Shown: in pieces, positions 1-9,326 of the stretch
How the letters are laid out: every line of letters starts with the position of its first letter
Numbering within the stretch: the stretch's first letter is position 1
From: a bacterium
Lineage (GTDB): Bacteria; Chlamydiota; Chlamydiia; Chlamydiales; 2-12-FULL-49-11
Reading direction: 5' to 3'
Assembly: GCA_021847505.1 (NCBI GenBank)
Contig: JAJZEO010000040.1
Span: forward strand, 1 to 46,335
Length of the DNA: 46,335 nt
Made by a program: the position numbers and the translations under genes
Notes under the pieces: generated by a model
Seen by the model: the letters and a program-made list of their open reading frames with translations, nothing else
Databases searched by the model: none
What the model was told of the DNA's origin: nothing

Positions 1-305
1 AGTTTAATCCTGCTGCTGCCACTTTCTTTGATGATCTCTTCGATAAGTGCGGTACATGCTTGTCGAGGAACACCATTAATTAAAACCGAACAAGAACCGC
101 ATACTTCCTCAAGACAAGCCATTTCCCAAACGACAGGCTCAACCTTCTTCCCTTCTTTAGTCACAGGATTTTTCTGGATCTCCATGAGAGCAGAGACAAT
201 ATTCATCCCCTCCATTCGCTCAAGCTCGAACTCCTCCCAAAACTGATCGCCGGGTACACCACGAAAGATTTTTAAGGTAAAGGCACCTTTTGTTGATCCG
301 TTCAT
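1..305 (-). CDS. sdhB: Succinate dehydrogenase iron-sulfur subunit, 5' part (runs off window start)
   Basis: Not in the ORF track. Hand translation from ATG at 305 gives MNGSTKGAFTLKIFRG...WEMACLEEVCGSCSVLINGVPRQAC (2Fe-2S motif); ATGA overlap with the sdhA stop. Confidence 0.95.
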   Translation of the reverse strand, partial: MNGSTKGAFTLKIFRGVPGDQFWEEFELERMEGMNIVSALMEIQKNPVTKEGKKVEPVVWEMACLEEVCGSCSVLINGVPRQACTALIEEIIKESGSSRIK

Positions 306-2212
306 CTGCAATAATCCTGTTCTGTCACTAAAGGAATTTTATCGGGCATATTTTTGAGCGTAGGCTTCACTTTTTTTGCCTTTGTATAATCCCTTTTTAT
401 AGGGTCAAGATGCCTAGTGTCAATGGGAAGATAGGAAATCACTGGCTCATCTTGACTCGGATCATACGAAGCAATGGTTGTCTTTAGCCAATTTTCATCA
501 TTCCGCTCTGGAAATTCTGGCTTAAAATGAGATCCTCTAAACTCATCGCGTAGTAATGCTCCTTTAGCTATGCAAAGAGCAATATCTAGCATGTATTCAA
601 ACTGATTAGCAAACTGATAGGTTTGATTCAGAATGGGCCCTTTATCATCCAGCGTGATTCTTCTAGCGCGGTCTTTAAGTTCCTTTATTTTCTCAATCGC
701 GTGAGCTAGCCCTCGATTGCTTCTTCTGACGGTACACTCGGCTATCATAACATCAGCAAGCTCATCATGTAACTTATGTACATTCTCGCCGCCGTCCCTC
801 TCAAGAAGATCTTGTTTGATGGCGATTTCCCTTGCTTCAGCCTCTTCGAAGATCTTATAAGAGACATCCTCATAAGGTTTTTCCTTATTCGAAGCAAAAC
901 GATCGACTTCGTTGGCAGCGACCATTCCACTGTAGATGCATGATAAAAGGGAATTAGCTCCTAATCGATTCGCTCCATGATAAAGAAAATCACATTCCCC
1001 TGCAGCAAAAAGCCCTGGGATATTGGTCATGTGTCTATATCTTTCTTCCCTGTCAGGATCGCCTGTAGCAGGAAAATCTACCCAAATGCCCCCCATGGTG
1101 TAGTGGACAGCAGGGAAGATTTTCATGGGCACTTTTCGAGGATCTTCTCCAGTAAATTTAGTGTAAATATCGAGAATCGATTCTAATTTGTGGTGCACAG
1201 AAGGATCCAAATGGGTCAAATCAAGGTAGACCTGCTTTTTCCCCTCAACGCCAAGTCCCGCTTCAACCACATTGATGATCTCTCGCGAAGCTACATCGCG
1301 AGGCACAAGATTTCCAAAAGCAGGATAAAGCTCTTCCAGAAAGTACCAAGGTTGACCAGTCTGACCACACACAATCTCAGATCCATCAGGGCCGATGATT
1401 TTCTTAGAAGAATCTCCATGTACCCAAATGCGCCCCCCTTCTCCACGCGCTGATTCCGACATGAGTCTCAATTTATCAACTCCAGGAATCGCCGTAGGAT
1501 GAACCTGAATGAATTCCGGGTTAGCAATCTTCACTCCCTGCCTGAATAACCGGCCATTGGCAGCACCTGTGCAAATTGTCGAATTCGTCGAGTACTTAAA
1601 AATCATCCCGTTGCCCCCTGTCGCAATGACAACTCCATCGGCTTTGAGGGAAGTAATTTGCATGGTGAAGAGGTCGGTCATCACAATGCCATGGCAAACG
1701 CCATCGTCATCGATGATGGCCCGGTTAAATTCATGGTGCTCAAATTTTTCCACCATTCCCATTGATTCGTAACGTCGAACTCGTTCGTCGAGTGCATAAA
1801 GCAACTGCTGTCCTGTCGAGGCTCCAGCAAAAGCCGTCCGTTTATAGAGAGTTCCCCCAAAACGACGAAAATCGATCGATCCATCTTGTTTTCTGTTAAA
1901 AGGAACGCCCAATCGATCGAGCATCATGATCAGTGCAGGGCCATTGGCACACATTTCTACAATGGGTGGTTGATCGCCAAGAAAGTCTCCACCTTTAATC
2001 GTGTCATAGGCATGGATATCAGTTGAATCCTCTTCGCCCATCAGGTTAATGGCGATATTGATCCCCCCTTGAGCACAAACAGAATGGGATCTCTTGACTT
2101 TAGTCAGAGAAATTAATTTGACTTTGCACCCCTGCTGGGCACACTTCATCGCACAAGCAAGGCCTGCAAGCCCCCCCCCTACAACGACAATCTCTTTCTC
2201 TTTGCGTACCAT
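302..2212 (-). CDS. sdhA: Succinate dehydrogenase flavoprotein subunit
   Basis: GGGLAG Rossmann motif, RSHSVCAQGG covalent-FAD His motif, QVHPT, HYTMGG, HGANRLGANSL. Confidence 0.97.
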   Translation of the reverse strand: MVRKEKEIVVVGGGLAGLACAMKCAQQGCKVKLISLTKVKRSHSVCAQGGINIAINLMGEEDSTDIHAYDTIKGGDFLGDQPPIVEMCANGPALIMMLDRLGVPFNRKQDGSIDFRRFGGTLYKRTAFAGASTGQQLLYALDERVRRYESMGMVEKFEHHEFNRAIIDDDGVCHGIVMTDLFTMQITSLKADGVVIATGGNGMIFKYSTNSTICTGAANGRLFRQGVKIANPEFIQVHPTAIPGVDKLRLMSESARGEGGRIWVHGDSSKKIIGPDGSEIVCGQTGQPWYFLEELYPAFGNLVPRDVASREIINVVEAGLGVEGKKQVYLDLTHLDPSVHHKLESILDIYTKFTGEDPRKVPMKIFPAVHYTMGGIWVDFPATGDPDREERYRHMTNIPGLFAAGECDFLYHGANRLGANSLLSCIYSGMVAANEVDRFASNKEKPYEDVSYKIFEEAEAREIAIKQDLLERDGGENVHKLHDELADVMIAECTVRRSNRGLAHAIEKIKELKDRARRITLDDKGPILNQTYQFANQFEYMLDIALCIAKGALLRDEFRGSHFKPEFPERNDENWLKTTIASYDPSQDEPVISYLPIDTRHLDPIKRDYTKAKKVKPTLKNMPDKIPLVTEQDYCR

Positions 2213-2218
2213 AAGATC

Positions 2219-3235
2219 CTAAAATGAGAGGAAAAAGGTTCCCCAAATAGCCATCAGCCCTAAACATCCAAAGATAAACATCAGTCCAAGAGAGAAATTT
2301 TTCATCGACGATTGCGACTGCCTTGATAAAATTAATCCCCATGTAATCAAAAAGGTCCACAAACCGTTAAATCCATGGAAAACTGCAGCAAAGACAAACA
2401 GTGTATATAAAACACACATAGTCACACTTTGAAAAGCTTCCCTAACATTCAATAGTTCAAGAGCTCCGAAACTTTGCGACACTGCAATCACTTGCTTCTC
2501 TTGAATTGTCCTCTTTTCTAATCCGCGGATATGTTCCCTTAAGAGCTCGTATTTCTGCAAGCTTTGATAGACATTGTCCATCTCGGAATTGTAGACTTCG
2601 CCTGTCTGGTGTTCCCTGGTTTCTTGGAGCAGCTCTTTCTTTCGCGCCTCAACAAGACTGATCTTATGGCCCAGCTTCGCATATTCCTCTTTCTCATGAT
2701 CAATGGCATTTTGATCATACAACTTTACATTCAACCTATCTGCTACAGAGTAAAGGAGAGGATCCACCTTGAGTCTTGCGTAATAGCGCACCTGGTCGCT
2801 CCATCGATATTTATAGGGATAATCAATGAAACGCATTTGAACCACATGGAGAACAATTCCTATAAGCAAAATCCATGCAGTAATTCGCTGCCACGTGTAA
2901 GCGATATTTCTCCCATACTTCAGTGCTGGTTTTGCTCCACTTGAACTACGTGAATTAGACCTACTTGAAAATGAGTAATAGATCCCAAAACCAGCATGAT
3001 ACAAAATCGGGATCCCTAATAAACCCACTTCAATTGCTTGCAAATAAGGGATATTGCGCAACCAATCGACTGTATTGACAAACCAGATTCCATTGTTTCC
3101 AAAAAAAAGGGCGACTTGTGAATTAGTGAACAAATGTTCAATCAGAAAAATCAAAAACCACAAACCCATTAAAGAATGTAGCCGTTTATAGACAAATTCT
3201 CTGGGGACAGGGAGGGGTTTTGCATAGGCTGTCAA
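2219..3235 (-). CDS. sdhC: Succinate dehydrogenase cytochrome b558 membrane subunit
   Basis: RLHSLMG, EHL, YHA, WQRITA, FHGFNG heme-ligand His motifs; several TM helices; upstream of sdhA. Confidence 0.92.
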   Translation of the reverse strand: MTAYAKPLPVPREFVYKRLHSLMGLWFLIFLIEHLFTNSQVALFFGNNGIWFVNTVDWLRNIPYLQAIEVGLLGIPILYHAGFGIYYSFSSRSNSRSSSGAKPALKYGRNIAYTWQRITAWILLIGIVLHVVQMRFIDYPYKYRWSDQVRYYARLKVDPLLYSVADRLNVKLYDQNAIDHEKEEYAKLGHKISLVEARKKELLQETREHQTGEVYNSEMDNVYQSLQKYELLREHIRGLEKRTIQEKQVIAVSQSFGALELLNVREAFQSVTMCVLYTLFVFAAVFHGFNGLWTFLITWGLILSRQSQSSMKNFSLGLMFIFGCLGLMAIWGTFFLSF

Positions 3236-3268
3236 GTCTTTACCTCTGTTACAATCCGTTAACCGTAT

Positions 3269-4069
3269 CTAAATATTATCGCAAATCTGAAAAAAGGAAC
3301 ATGAATTTTTTGAAGTTTCCGCACAAACCTGCTCTAAAGAAACCCCCTTAATTCTAGCAATTTCTTCTGCTACTTCCTCGAGATAACTGGGTTCATTCAT
3401 TTGTCCTCTTTTCCGCTGAGGGGCAAGATACGGAGAATCTGTTTCTATTTGTAGGTGCTCTAGAGGAATTTCCTTCACGACTTCGCGCAGATCCTCTGAT
3501 TTTTTGAAGGTCACGATTCCACTAATGGAGATATGCCATCCTCGTTCAATCGCCTGCCTAGCATGGTGGGCCTTGCCTGTAAAACAGTGCAAAAGACATT
3601 TAGGACGAACTGGCTGCTCATCTGCCATTCGGAATAATTCATTAAAAACATCGTCCCCGCGAGAATGAATGACTACATTTAAACCAGAACGTCTTGCTAA
3701 TTCAAAATATCTCTGCAAAAAGATCTTTTGTAAGTCGCGTCTAGAATGTTCATAGTAATAATCAAGACCCGTTTCTCCTATGGCAACAAGCTTTTCTTCC
3801 TTGGCTGCTTTTTGTACCAAAGGAAAAAAGCTCTCTCCTTGAGTTTCTACATCATGAGGAGTTGTCGCTGCCGTATTATAAATAATTCCAGGGTATTTTT
3901 TGGCAAGCTCAATCCCCCTTTCGAGTGTTTCCTTACAGGTCGCGATATTGACCATCTTTTTCACACCCTGAGTTATTGCTCTCTCAATGATTTGATCAAC
4001 ATGAGGATAAAGCTCATCTGAAGTGAGATGTGCATGCGAATCGATCTTGACAAATTGGGTCTGTGCCAT
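3269..4069 (-). CDS. tatD: TatD-family metal-dependent DNase
   Basis: DSHAHL, AIGETGLDY, IHSR, LHCFTG, ETDSPYLAP motifs. Confidence 0.95.
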   Translation of the reverse strand: MAQTQFVKIDSHAHLTSDELYPHVDQIIERAITQGVKKMVNIATCKETLERGIELAKKYPGIIYNTAATTPHDVETQGESFFPLVQKAAKEEKLVAIGETGLDYYYEHSRRDLQKIFLQRYFELARRSGLNVVIHSRGDDVFNELFRMADEQPVRPKCLLHCFTGKAHHARQAIERGWHISISGIVTFKKSEDLREVVKEIPLEHLQIETDSPYLAPQRKRGQMNEPSYLEEVAEEIARIKGVSLEQVCAETSKNSCSFFQICDNI

Positions 4070-4080
4070 ATACTTAGCTC

Positions 4081-4818
4081 ATGAATGTAATATTTCAAGC
4101 ATTTTTCACTTCTGATTTTTTTGGAAAGCTGATTTTTATCGGACTCTTTCTCCTATCAGGAGTCACCTGGGTCGTTTTACTTCAGAAGTTTTTTCAGTAT
4201 AGGACTGTACGAAAAGAAGCAAATAAGTTGCAAGCCCTCGTTGCAAAAGCAGGGAGCAATGTCCTCTCATTTGATCCTTCCAAAATTGCTCCAGAAGAAC
4301 TTGAGAAAGAAACCACAAACCCCTTCCTTGTAATTTTGAATTCGATAAAAGAAAAAACGGTAGAGATCCTCGACAAGAACCACTTTTTCACTCTGAAAAA
4401 TTCTCTAAACAAACAAGAATCGGTTTTTCTTTCTCGTGCCGATTTAGAACATCTCGAGGCAAGAGCCCAAATCACCCTTTCCAACGAAGCAAAGCGGCTA
4501 GAAAAAAACCTTTTCGTCCTTTCTACCATCGCCCCCTTAGCACCTTTCGTAGGTCTACTGGGAACTGTATGGGGCATCTTAGTTTCACTCAATGAAATGC
4601 AAAAAGAAGCCGTGACACATGCAAATGCAGCTGTACTTAGCGGCTTGACCACAGCACTGGCTACGACTGTCATCGGTCTTTTGATTGCCATTCCTGCTTT
4701 AATTTCTTATAATTATTTGCGCAATCAACTCAAAGATGTATGCACCGACATGGAGGATTTTTCAAGTTTACTCCTCTCTTCCATTGAGCTCCAATACAGA
4801 AAAGTAGATATCTCATAG
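4081..4818 (+). CDS. tolQ: TolQ/ExbB/MotA proton channel protein
   Basis: APFVGLLGTVWG and ALATTVIGLLIAIPA motifs; first gene of a tol-pal cluster. Confidence 0.9.
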   Translation: MNVIFQAFFTSDFFGKLIFIGLFLLSGVTWVVLLQKFFQYRTVRKEANKLQALVAKAGSNVLSFDPSKIAPEELEKETTNPFLVILNSIKEKTVEILDKNHFFTLKNSLNKQESVFLSRADLEHLEARAQITLSNEAKRLEKNLFVLSTIAPLAPFVGLLGTVWGILVSLNEMQKEAVTHANAAVLSGLTTALATTVIGLLIAIPALISYNYLRNQLKDVCTDMEDFSSLLLSSIELQYRKVDIS

Positions 4819-4831
4819 CGAGGAATTAACG

Positions 4832-5254
4832 ATGCGACGAAAGCGCTTTAGCTTAAGTATCGTAGAAAATATCGGTGATTCGATCAATCTAACCCCCATG
4901 ATTGATGTTCTTCTTGTCACATTGATTTTATTCATTTTGATCGCCCCCCTGATCGATTTGGATCACGTGCAATTGGCTCCCAAAGGCACCCAAACAGACG
5001 AATTTGCTTCCGTTAATCCTAATCGTCCGCTAAAGATCTTTGTCCACAAAGATGATACTATTTGGCTTGGCAAACACCTCTTGTCGTTAGAAGCACTAGA
5101 AGCGACTCTCAATGAACTGGGCAAAGTGCATCCCAATGAAATCCCCGAACTCTACTGCGACGAAAAGGCCTCTTTTGGCACCTACCAAAGGATTAAAAAC
5201 GCCGTAGAAGAGGCTGGCTTTGAACAGCTTGACGTAATTTTAAAGCGAGAATGA
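4832..5254 (+). CDS. tolR: TolR/ExbD biopolymer transport protein
   Basis: INLTPMIDVLLVTLILFIL signature; follows tolQ. Confidence 0.92.
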   Translation: MRRKRFSLSIVENIGDSINLTPMIDVLLVTLILFILIAPLIDLDHVQLAPKGTQTDEFASVNPNRPLKIFVHKDDTIWLGKHLLSLEALEATLNELGKVHPNEIPELYCDEKASFGTYQRIKNAVEEAGFEQLDVILKRE

Positions 5255-5952
5255 AAAAAGAACAAATTAAAATTGCTCTGATTACGTTAGCGGTTCACTC
5301 GTGTTATCTTTTCATGTTCCCTGCTTCGCTTCATCTGAAAGACCCCCCTCAAAAAAAACCCGAGCTCCGCATAGTGACTAAAGAGATCATTCCACCCAAA
5401 ACCCTTGCTGTAAAGGTCACCCCTGCACCCTTACCTTTACCATTAATGCATGTTGCAGAAAAACCGACACCGACCAAACCTTTGGCAACGCTTCCCAAGA
5501 ATAAAGATCTACCAAAAAAGATCCTAAAAAAGAAACCTTCTAAACAAACTCCGAAACAAACGGCAAAACCAACTGCGAAACCAGTCAAATCGGTTCGAGG
5601 AAAGTTGGAAAAAAATGTAGCTAAAATCCAACAAAACAACACTCCTACTCCCCCTCCTCTGCTTACTTCTTCTGTAGCTACAGCTGAATTGATCCAGGGG
5701 GATGAAAAATATCACTACTTATCCGTTGTATCTTCACAACTTCAAGAATGGTTGATTCTTCCTGAAAAAGGAGAAGTAAAGTTAACAATCACTGTACAAC
5801 CAAATGGAAAGATTGCTAACATTAAGGCACTCTCCTCAGAGAGTGAAAAAAATCTCGAGTATCTTAAACATGTACTCGAAGGTGTACAGCTGCCTGTGTA
5901 TGATAAAAATGAGGAGATTACATTTACCGTCACGTTTTGTGATGAAAAATGA
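5251..5952 (+). CDS. TolA/TonB-like energy transducer
   Basis: N-terminal TM with His (LAVHS), Pro/Lys-rich linker, C-terminal domain (WLILP...VKLTITVQPNGKI); lies between tolR and tolB. Confidence 0.75.
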   Translation: MKKEQIKIALITLAVHSCYLFMFPASLHLKDPPQKKPELRIVTKEIIPPKTLAVKVTPAPLPLPLMHVAEKPTPTKPLATLPKNKDLPKKILKKKPSKQTPKQTAKPTAKPVKSVRGKLEKNVAKIQQNNTPTPPPLLTSSVATAELIQGDEKYHYLSVVSSQLQEWLILPEKGEVKLTITVQPNGKIANIKALSSESEKNLEYLKHVLEGVQLPVYDKNEEITFTVTFCDEK

Positions 5953-5965
5953 GGGTAATTCATAA

Positions 5966-7312
5966 ATGCTAAAAAATCTACCGAAGCTGCTCTTTATCAT
6001 GTTCATCGGACTTCTTCAGGCGGAAGAAATTGTCGTTCATTTGCCCGTTGATAATGATAAAAATTGTCTCGTATATCTTGCAAAGTTGCGTCCTTGTGAA
6101 ATTCCTCTTCAGCAAACCATATTTGATACTCTAGTTTACGACATCTCACACAATGGTCGTACTACGTTGATCCCCATTAATGAAACTCTTCAATACACTG
6201 CACATCTTGACGATCCTGAAGAAGCTTTTAAAGTGAAAATATGGAAAGATGCTAATGCCCGCTATGTCATCGTTCCCAAAATTGTCAGGGGCGAGCTTCA
6301 AGTCAAAGTGTTTGACGTAAATACGGCTACTCTTAAGACGCTTCATCCCTACATGCTGACGGGTGATTTGTCACAAGATATGCGCGGATTGCACAAAATT
6401 AGCGATGTCATTCACGAAATCATGTACGGAACGCCAGGAATTGCTTCAAAGCGGATTCTCTATTCCTACCAACCTAAAGTGGATCCTGAAAGTCAAGTTT
6501 GGCATGCCGAAATTTGGGAAATGGAATACGACGGAAAGAATGCAAGACAAGTTACTGAAGAGAACCACTACACCATTTCTCCTTCTGTCTTTCCTCTGCC
6601 TTCTTCCGATAGCAACAACTACCACTTCATGTATGTCACTTACAAGCAAGGGCAGCCAAGGATTTACTTTGCCTCACGCAAAGCTCCCAAAGGAAGACCT
6701 CTAGTTCCATTGAGAGGCAATCAGCTATTACCAAGCTTTGCGAAAAAAGGCGATAAGATTGCCTTTATTTCCGATGTGGGAGGAAGAGCCGACTTGTTTG
6801 TTCAATCATTTAGCATTGAAAGGGGTGTTCTCGGAAAGCCTATTCAAGCCTATACTTTTCCAGGGGCTGTACAAGCCTCCCCTACCTTTAGCCCTGATGG
6901 ATCTAAACTCGCCTTTGTATGCGATAAAAGTGGAACTCCACGTGTATACTTAATCGACATTGCTGAAATTTCAAAAACGAGAAAAATCCCTGAAGCTGTT
7001 TTGATTTCGAAAAAGAATCGTGATAATACCGCCCCTTCATGGTCTCCTGATGGTAAAAAAATTGCCTATAGTGCTAAGATCAATGGTGTGCGCCAAATTT
7101 GGATTTATGATGTTGAAGCTGGGGAAGAATGGCAATTGACTGTCGGTTTAGGCGATAAAGAAAATCCAACGTGGGCCCCAGACAGTTTCCACTTGGCCTA
7201 TAATACGACTTCTCCCACGTTTGATATTTTTGTGTTAAACTTGGGACAACGAGAACCAAAGAAACTCACAGAGGGTCCAGGGAAAAAACACTACCCCACG
7301 TTTGAACAATAG
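5966..7312 (+). CDS. tolB: TolB beta-propeller periplasmic protein
   Basis: Signal peptide; PD40-type repeats (SPTFSPDGSKLAF, APSWSPDGKKIAY, NPTWAPD). Confidence 0.93.
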   Translation: MLKNLPKLLFIMFIGLLQAEEIVVHLPVDNDKNCLVYLAKLRPCEIPLQQTIFDTLVYDISHNGRTTLIPINETLQYTAHLDDPEEAFKVKIWKDANARYVIVPKIVRGELQVKVFDVNTATLKTLHPYMLTGDLSQDMRGLHKISDVIHEIMYGTPGIASKRILYSYQPKVDPESQVWHAEIWEMEYDGKNARQVTEENHYTISPSVFPLPSSDSNNYHFMYVTYKQGQPRIYFASRKAPKGRPLVPLRGNQLLPSFAKKGDKIAFISDVGGRADLFVQSFSIERGVLGKPIQAYTFPGAVQASPTFSPDGSKLAFVCDKSGTPRVYLIDIAEISKTRKIPEAVLISKKNRDNTAPSWSPDGKKIAYSAKINGVRQIWIYDVEAGEEWQLTVGLGDKENPTWAPDSFHLAYNTTSPTFDIFVLNLGQREPKKLTEGPGKKHYPTFEQ

Positions 7313-8102
7313 GGAAATATACCCAGAGGGATTTATGAAGCATATCGAAACAACTTGGAAAATTGGTTTTTTCATCACCAGCATCCGCCAATTTTTGCCT
7401 CCCTGCATCCCCTCTGTCTATCGTGCTCTTTCGTTGTTTTGCCTCATGATTTGCATGACAGGATGTCAGACACTCATGTTTTCTGATGCCTGGGAAAATA
7501 CTAAGACCGCATTTCGCTATCTACAACAAAGTGGAAAAGCCCTGGTCAACGCTGACAATGAATCGCGCCTTGTTTCGTCTAGGCAAGCTTTTTATGGAGA
7601 GTCTGAAGTTGATTTCATCCCCTTAAATGCATCCGATTTACAATCGAGTTATGTCGATTACGCGGTACCTCAAGCAAAAGAGGTTCCTGGAGAGATAGGT
7701 GGTGCTATACCCGGGATTGAAGCCTTCAAAACTCCAAGCAAAGCCTTAGCTTCAATTTTTTCAACCATTTACTTCAATACGGATCAGCATGTCCCGAAAT
7801 CCAAGGAGTCGTTTAATTCCCTCAATCGGATAGCTACCTATTTAAAGAAACATCCCACCTCTTACATTTTTATTGCAGGACACTGTGATGAAAGGGCTTC
7901 AGAAGCTTACAACCTCTCTTTAGGCACAAGACGTTCCAATTATGTGAGAAATTATCTCATCAAACAGGGTGTCCATCCGGACCAACTTTTCACCATTTCT
8001 TACGGAAAAGAGCGCCCTATTTCGAGCGGCCACTCAGAGAACAGCTGGGCAAAGAACCGCCGTACAGAATTCAAAATTTATGAAAAGAGGACAACATTAT
8101 GA
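7302..8102 (+). CDS. pal: Peptidoglycan-associated lipoprotein Pal (true start probably downstream of 7302)
   Basis: Lipobox-like MTGC; OmpA-like domain IYFNTD, GHCDERASEAYNLSLGTRR, SYGKERP, NRR. Confidence 0.92.
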   Translation: MNNREIYPEGFMKHIETTWKIGFFITSIRQFLPPCIPSVYRALSLFCLMICMTGCQTLMFSDAWENTKTAFRYLQQSGKALVNADNESRLVSSRQAFYGESEVDFIPLNASDLQSSYVDYAVPQAKEVPGEIGGAIPGIEAFKTPSKALASIFSTIYFNTDQHVPKSKESFNSLNRIATYLKKHPTSYIFIAGHCDERASEAYNLSLGTRRSNYVRNYLIKQGVHPDQLFTISYGKERPISSGHSENSWAKNRRTEFKIYEKRTTL

Positions 8103-8773
8103 AGCCCTTGCCCCTAATAATTTTTTCGTCCCTCTGTCTCATTGGTTGTACAAGCTCTCCAATTCCCAAATCGGACAAGTACCAAATGGAGATCACCCTT
8201 CATAAAACGAGAGCCGACTTGGAAGAATTAAAGCATGACCTTCATTCACACAGAATGGAAACGAGCATTTTGGAAGGCAAAATGCTCAATCAAGAAGATT
8301 CCATGGCCGCCTTAAAAAAAGAAACTTACGACCAACACCAAGCGAAGCTAGACCATTATGCCCATCTCTTGAACGCCATTGAAAAACGATTAGCTGCTTG
8401 TGAACAAGAGCAGGAAGAGCTTTTACAAGGGCAACAAAAATTGACCCTTACAACACAAGAGATGCACCGCGCCATTGCCCAAAGCAAAGAAAAGATCAAT
8501 GAAATGGAGAAGACAATCGCTCAAGCAGCGAAGTCGATGGGTGATGTGGCCCGTCTGAAAAAGAGTGTGCAGCGTGTAAATCAAGCCATCGAGCAAAGCC
8601 ATAAAGAGCTGATTGTCGAATCATACCGGGTCAAATCGGGGGATACTTTAGAAGCCATTGCAAAGAACTACCATACCACGGTAGAGACCTTATTGAAGAT
8701 GAATCATCTCGAAAATGAACGGCTCTCTAACGGCCAAGAGCTTCTCGTGCCCCTGTCCGCCCTTTGCCAATAA
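8099..8773 (+). CDS. Coiled-coil lipoprotein with C-terminal LysM domain
   Basis: Lipobox LIGC; long heptad region; YRVKSGDTLEAIAKNY...LSNGQELLVP LysM. Confidence 0.88.
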   Translation: MKPLPLIIFSSLCLIGCTSSPIPKSDKYQMEITLHKTRADLEELKHDLHSHRMETSILEGKMLNQEDSMAALKKETYDQHQAKLDHYAHLLNAIEKRLAACEQEQEELLQGQQKLTLTTQEMHRAIAQSKEKINEMEKTIAQAAKSMGDVARLKKSVQRVNQAIEQSHKELIVESYRVKSGDTLEAIAKNYHTTVETLLKMNHLENERLSNGQELLVPLSALCQ

Positions 8774-8799
8774 TATCCTGATCTGGCCGCAAAGAAAAA

Positions 8800-9054
8800 T
8801 CAACCACAGCAAGGCTGGCAGTTGTTAGGATCTGAACAGCAAGGACACCCACAATTACTTCCAAAACATTCGGGAAAAGGGGTGTTACAGCAAGATGGAC
8901 CGCATGTAGGCCAAGCATTGCAATAGCAACAAGTTTCTGCTGCTAAGCTCTCCCAAACAACCGCTGCTATATCTTCAAATGGAGCCAAAGGGGCCTTTGT
9001 CGTATTCATCTCTTTAGCGTATTGAAGTAGGTGCATTTTTATTTCCCTTCTCAA
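8800..9054 (-). CDS. Small cysteine-rich protein (start uncertain)
   Basis: Fills the gap between two genes; 14 Cys in the last 43 aa in CC/CxC patterns; no signal peptide. Confidence 0.65.
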   Translation of the reverse strand: MRREIKMHLLQYAKEMNTTKAPLAPFEDIAAVVWESLAAETCCYCNAWPTCGPSCCNTPFPECFGSNCGCPCCSDPNNCQPCCG

Positions 9055-9326
9055 CTGGGCATCTATTTTGATCTTAGATAAAGCTTGATGAAGAGCTATT
9101 AAATGTTTATTTTGTGATTTTGTGGCATATGATTTCTTTTTAACTATAAATAAACTCTCTTTATTATATTAGTTTATTATAATATTGCTGTGATTTATAT
9201 ATAACCAACTCTGAATAAGGTTTGCTCTACTGTTGATTCAAAACTCATTAAAAATGATTTTTTCTTTCCCTTTTTTCCAAAAGAGTTTATATTCCCTTTA
9301 ATCTTATTAACTGTCTGGGATATTGT

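Noticed and set aside
8727-8918. 63-aa minus-strand ORF
   Set aside because: Alternative frame of the Cys-rich gene overlapping the LysM gene; no motif.
8800-9054. Calling the Cys-rich ORF omcA
   Set aside because: No lipoprotein signal and no omcB-like neighbour.
9123-9138. Sigma54-like site TGGCATATGATTTCT
   Set aside because: The -12 element lacks the required GC.
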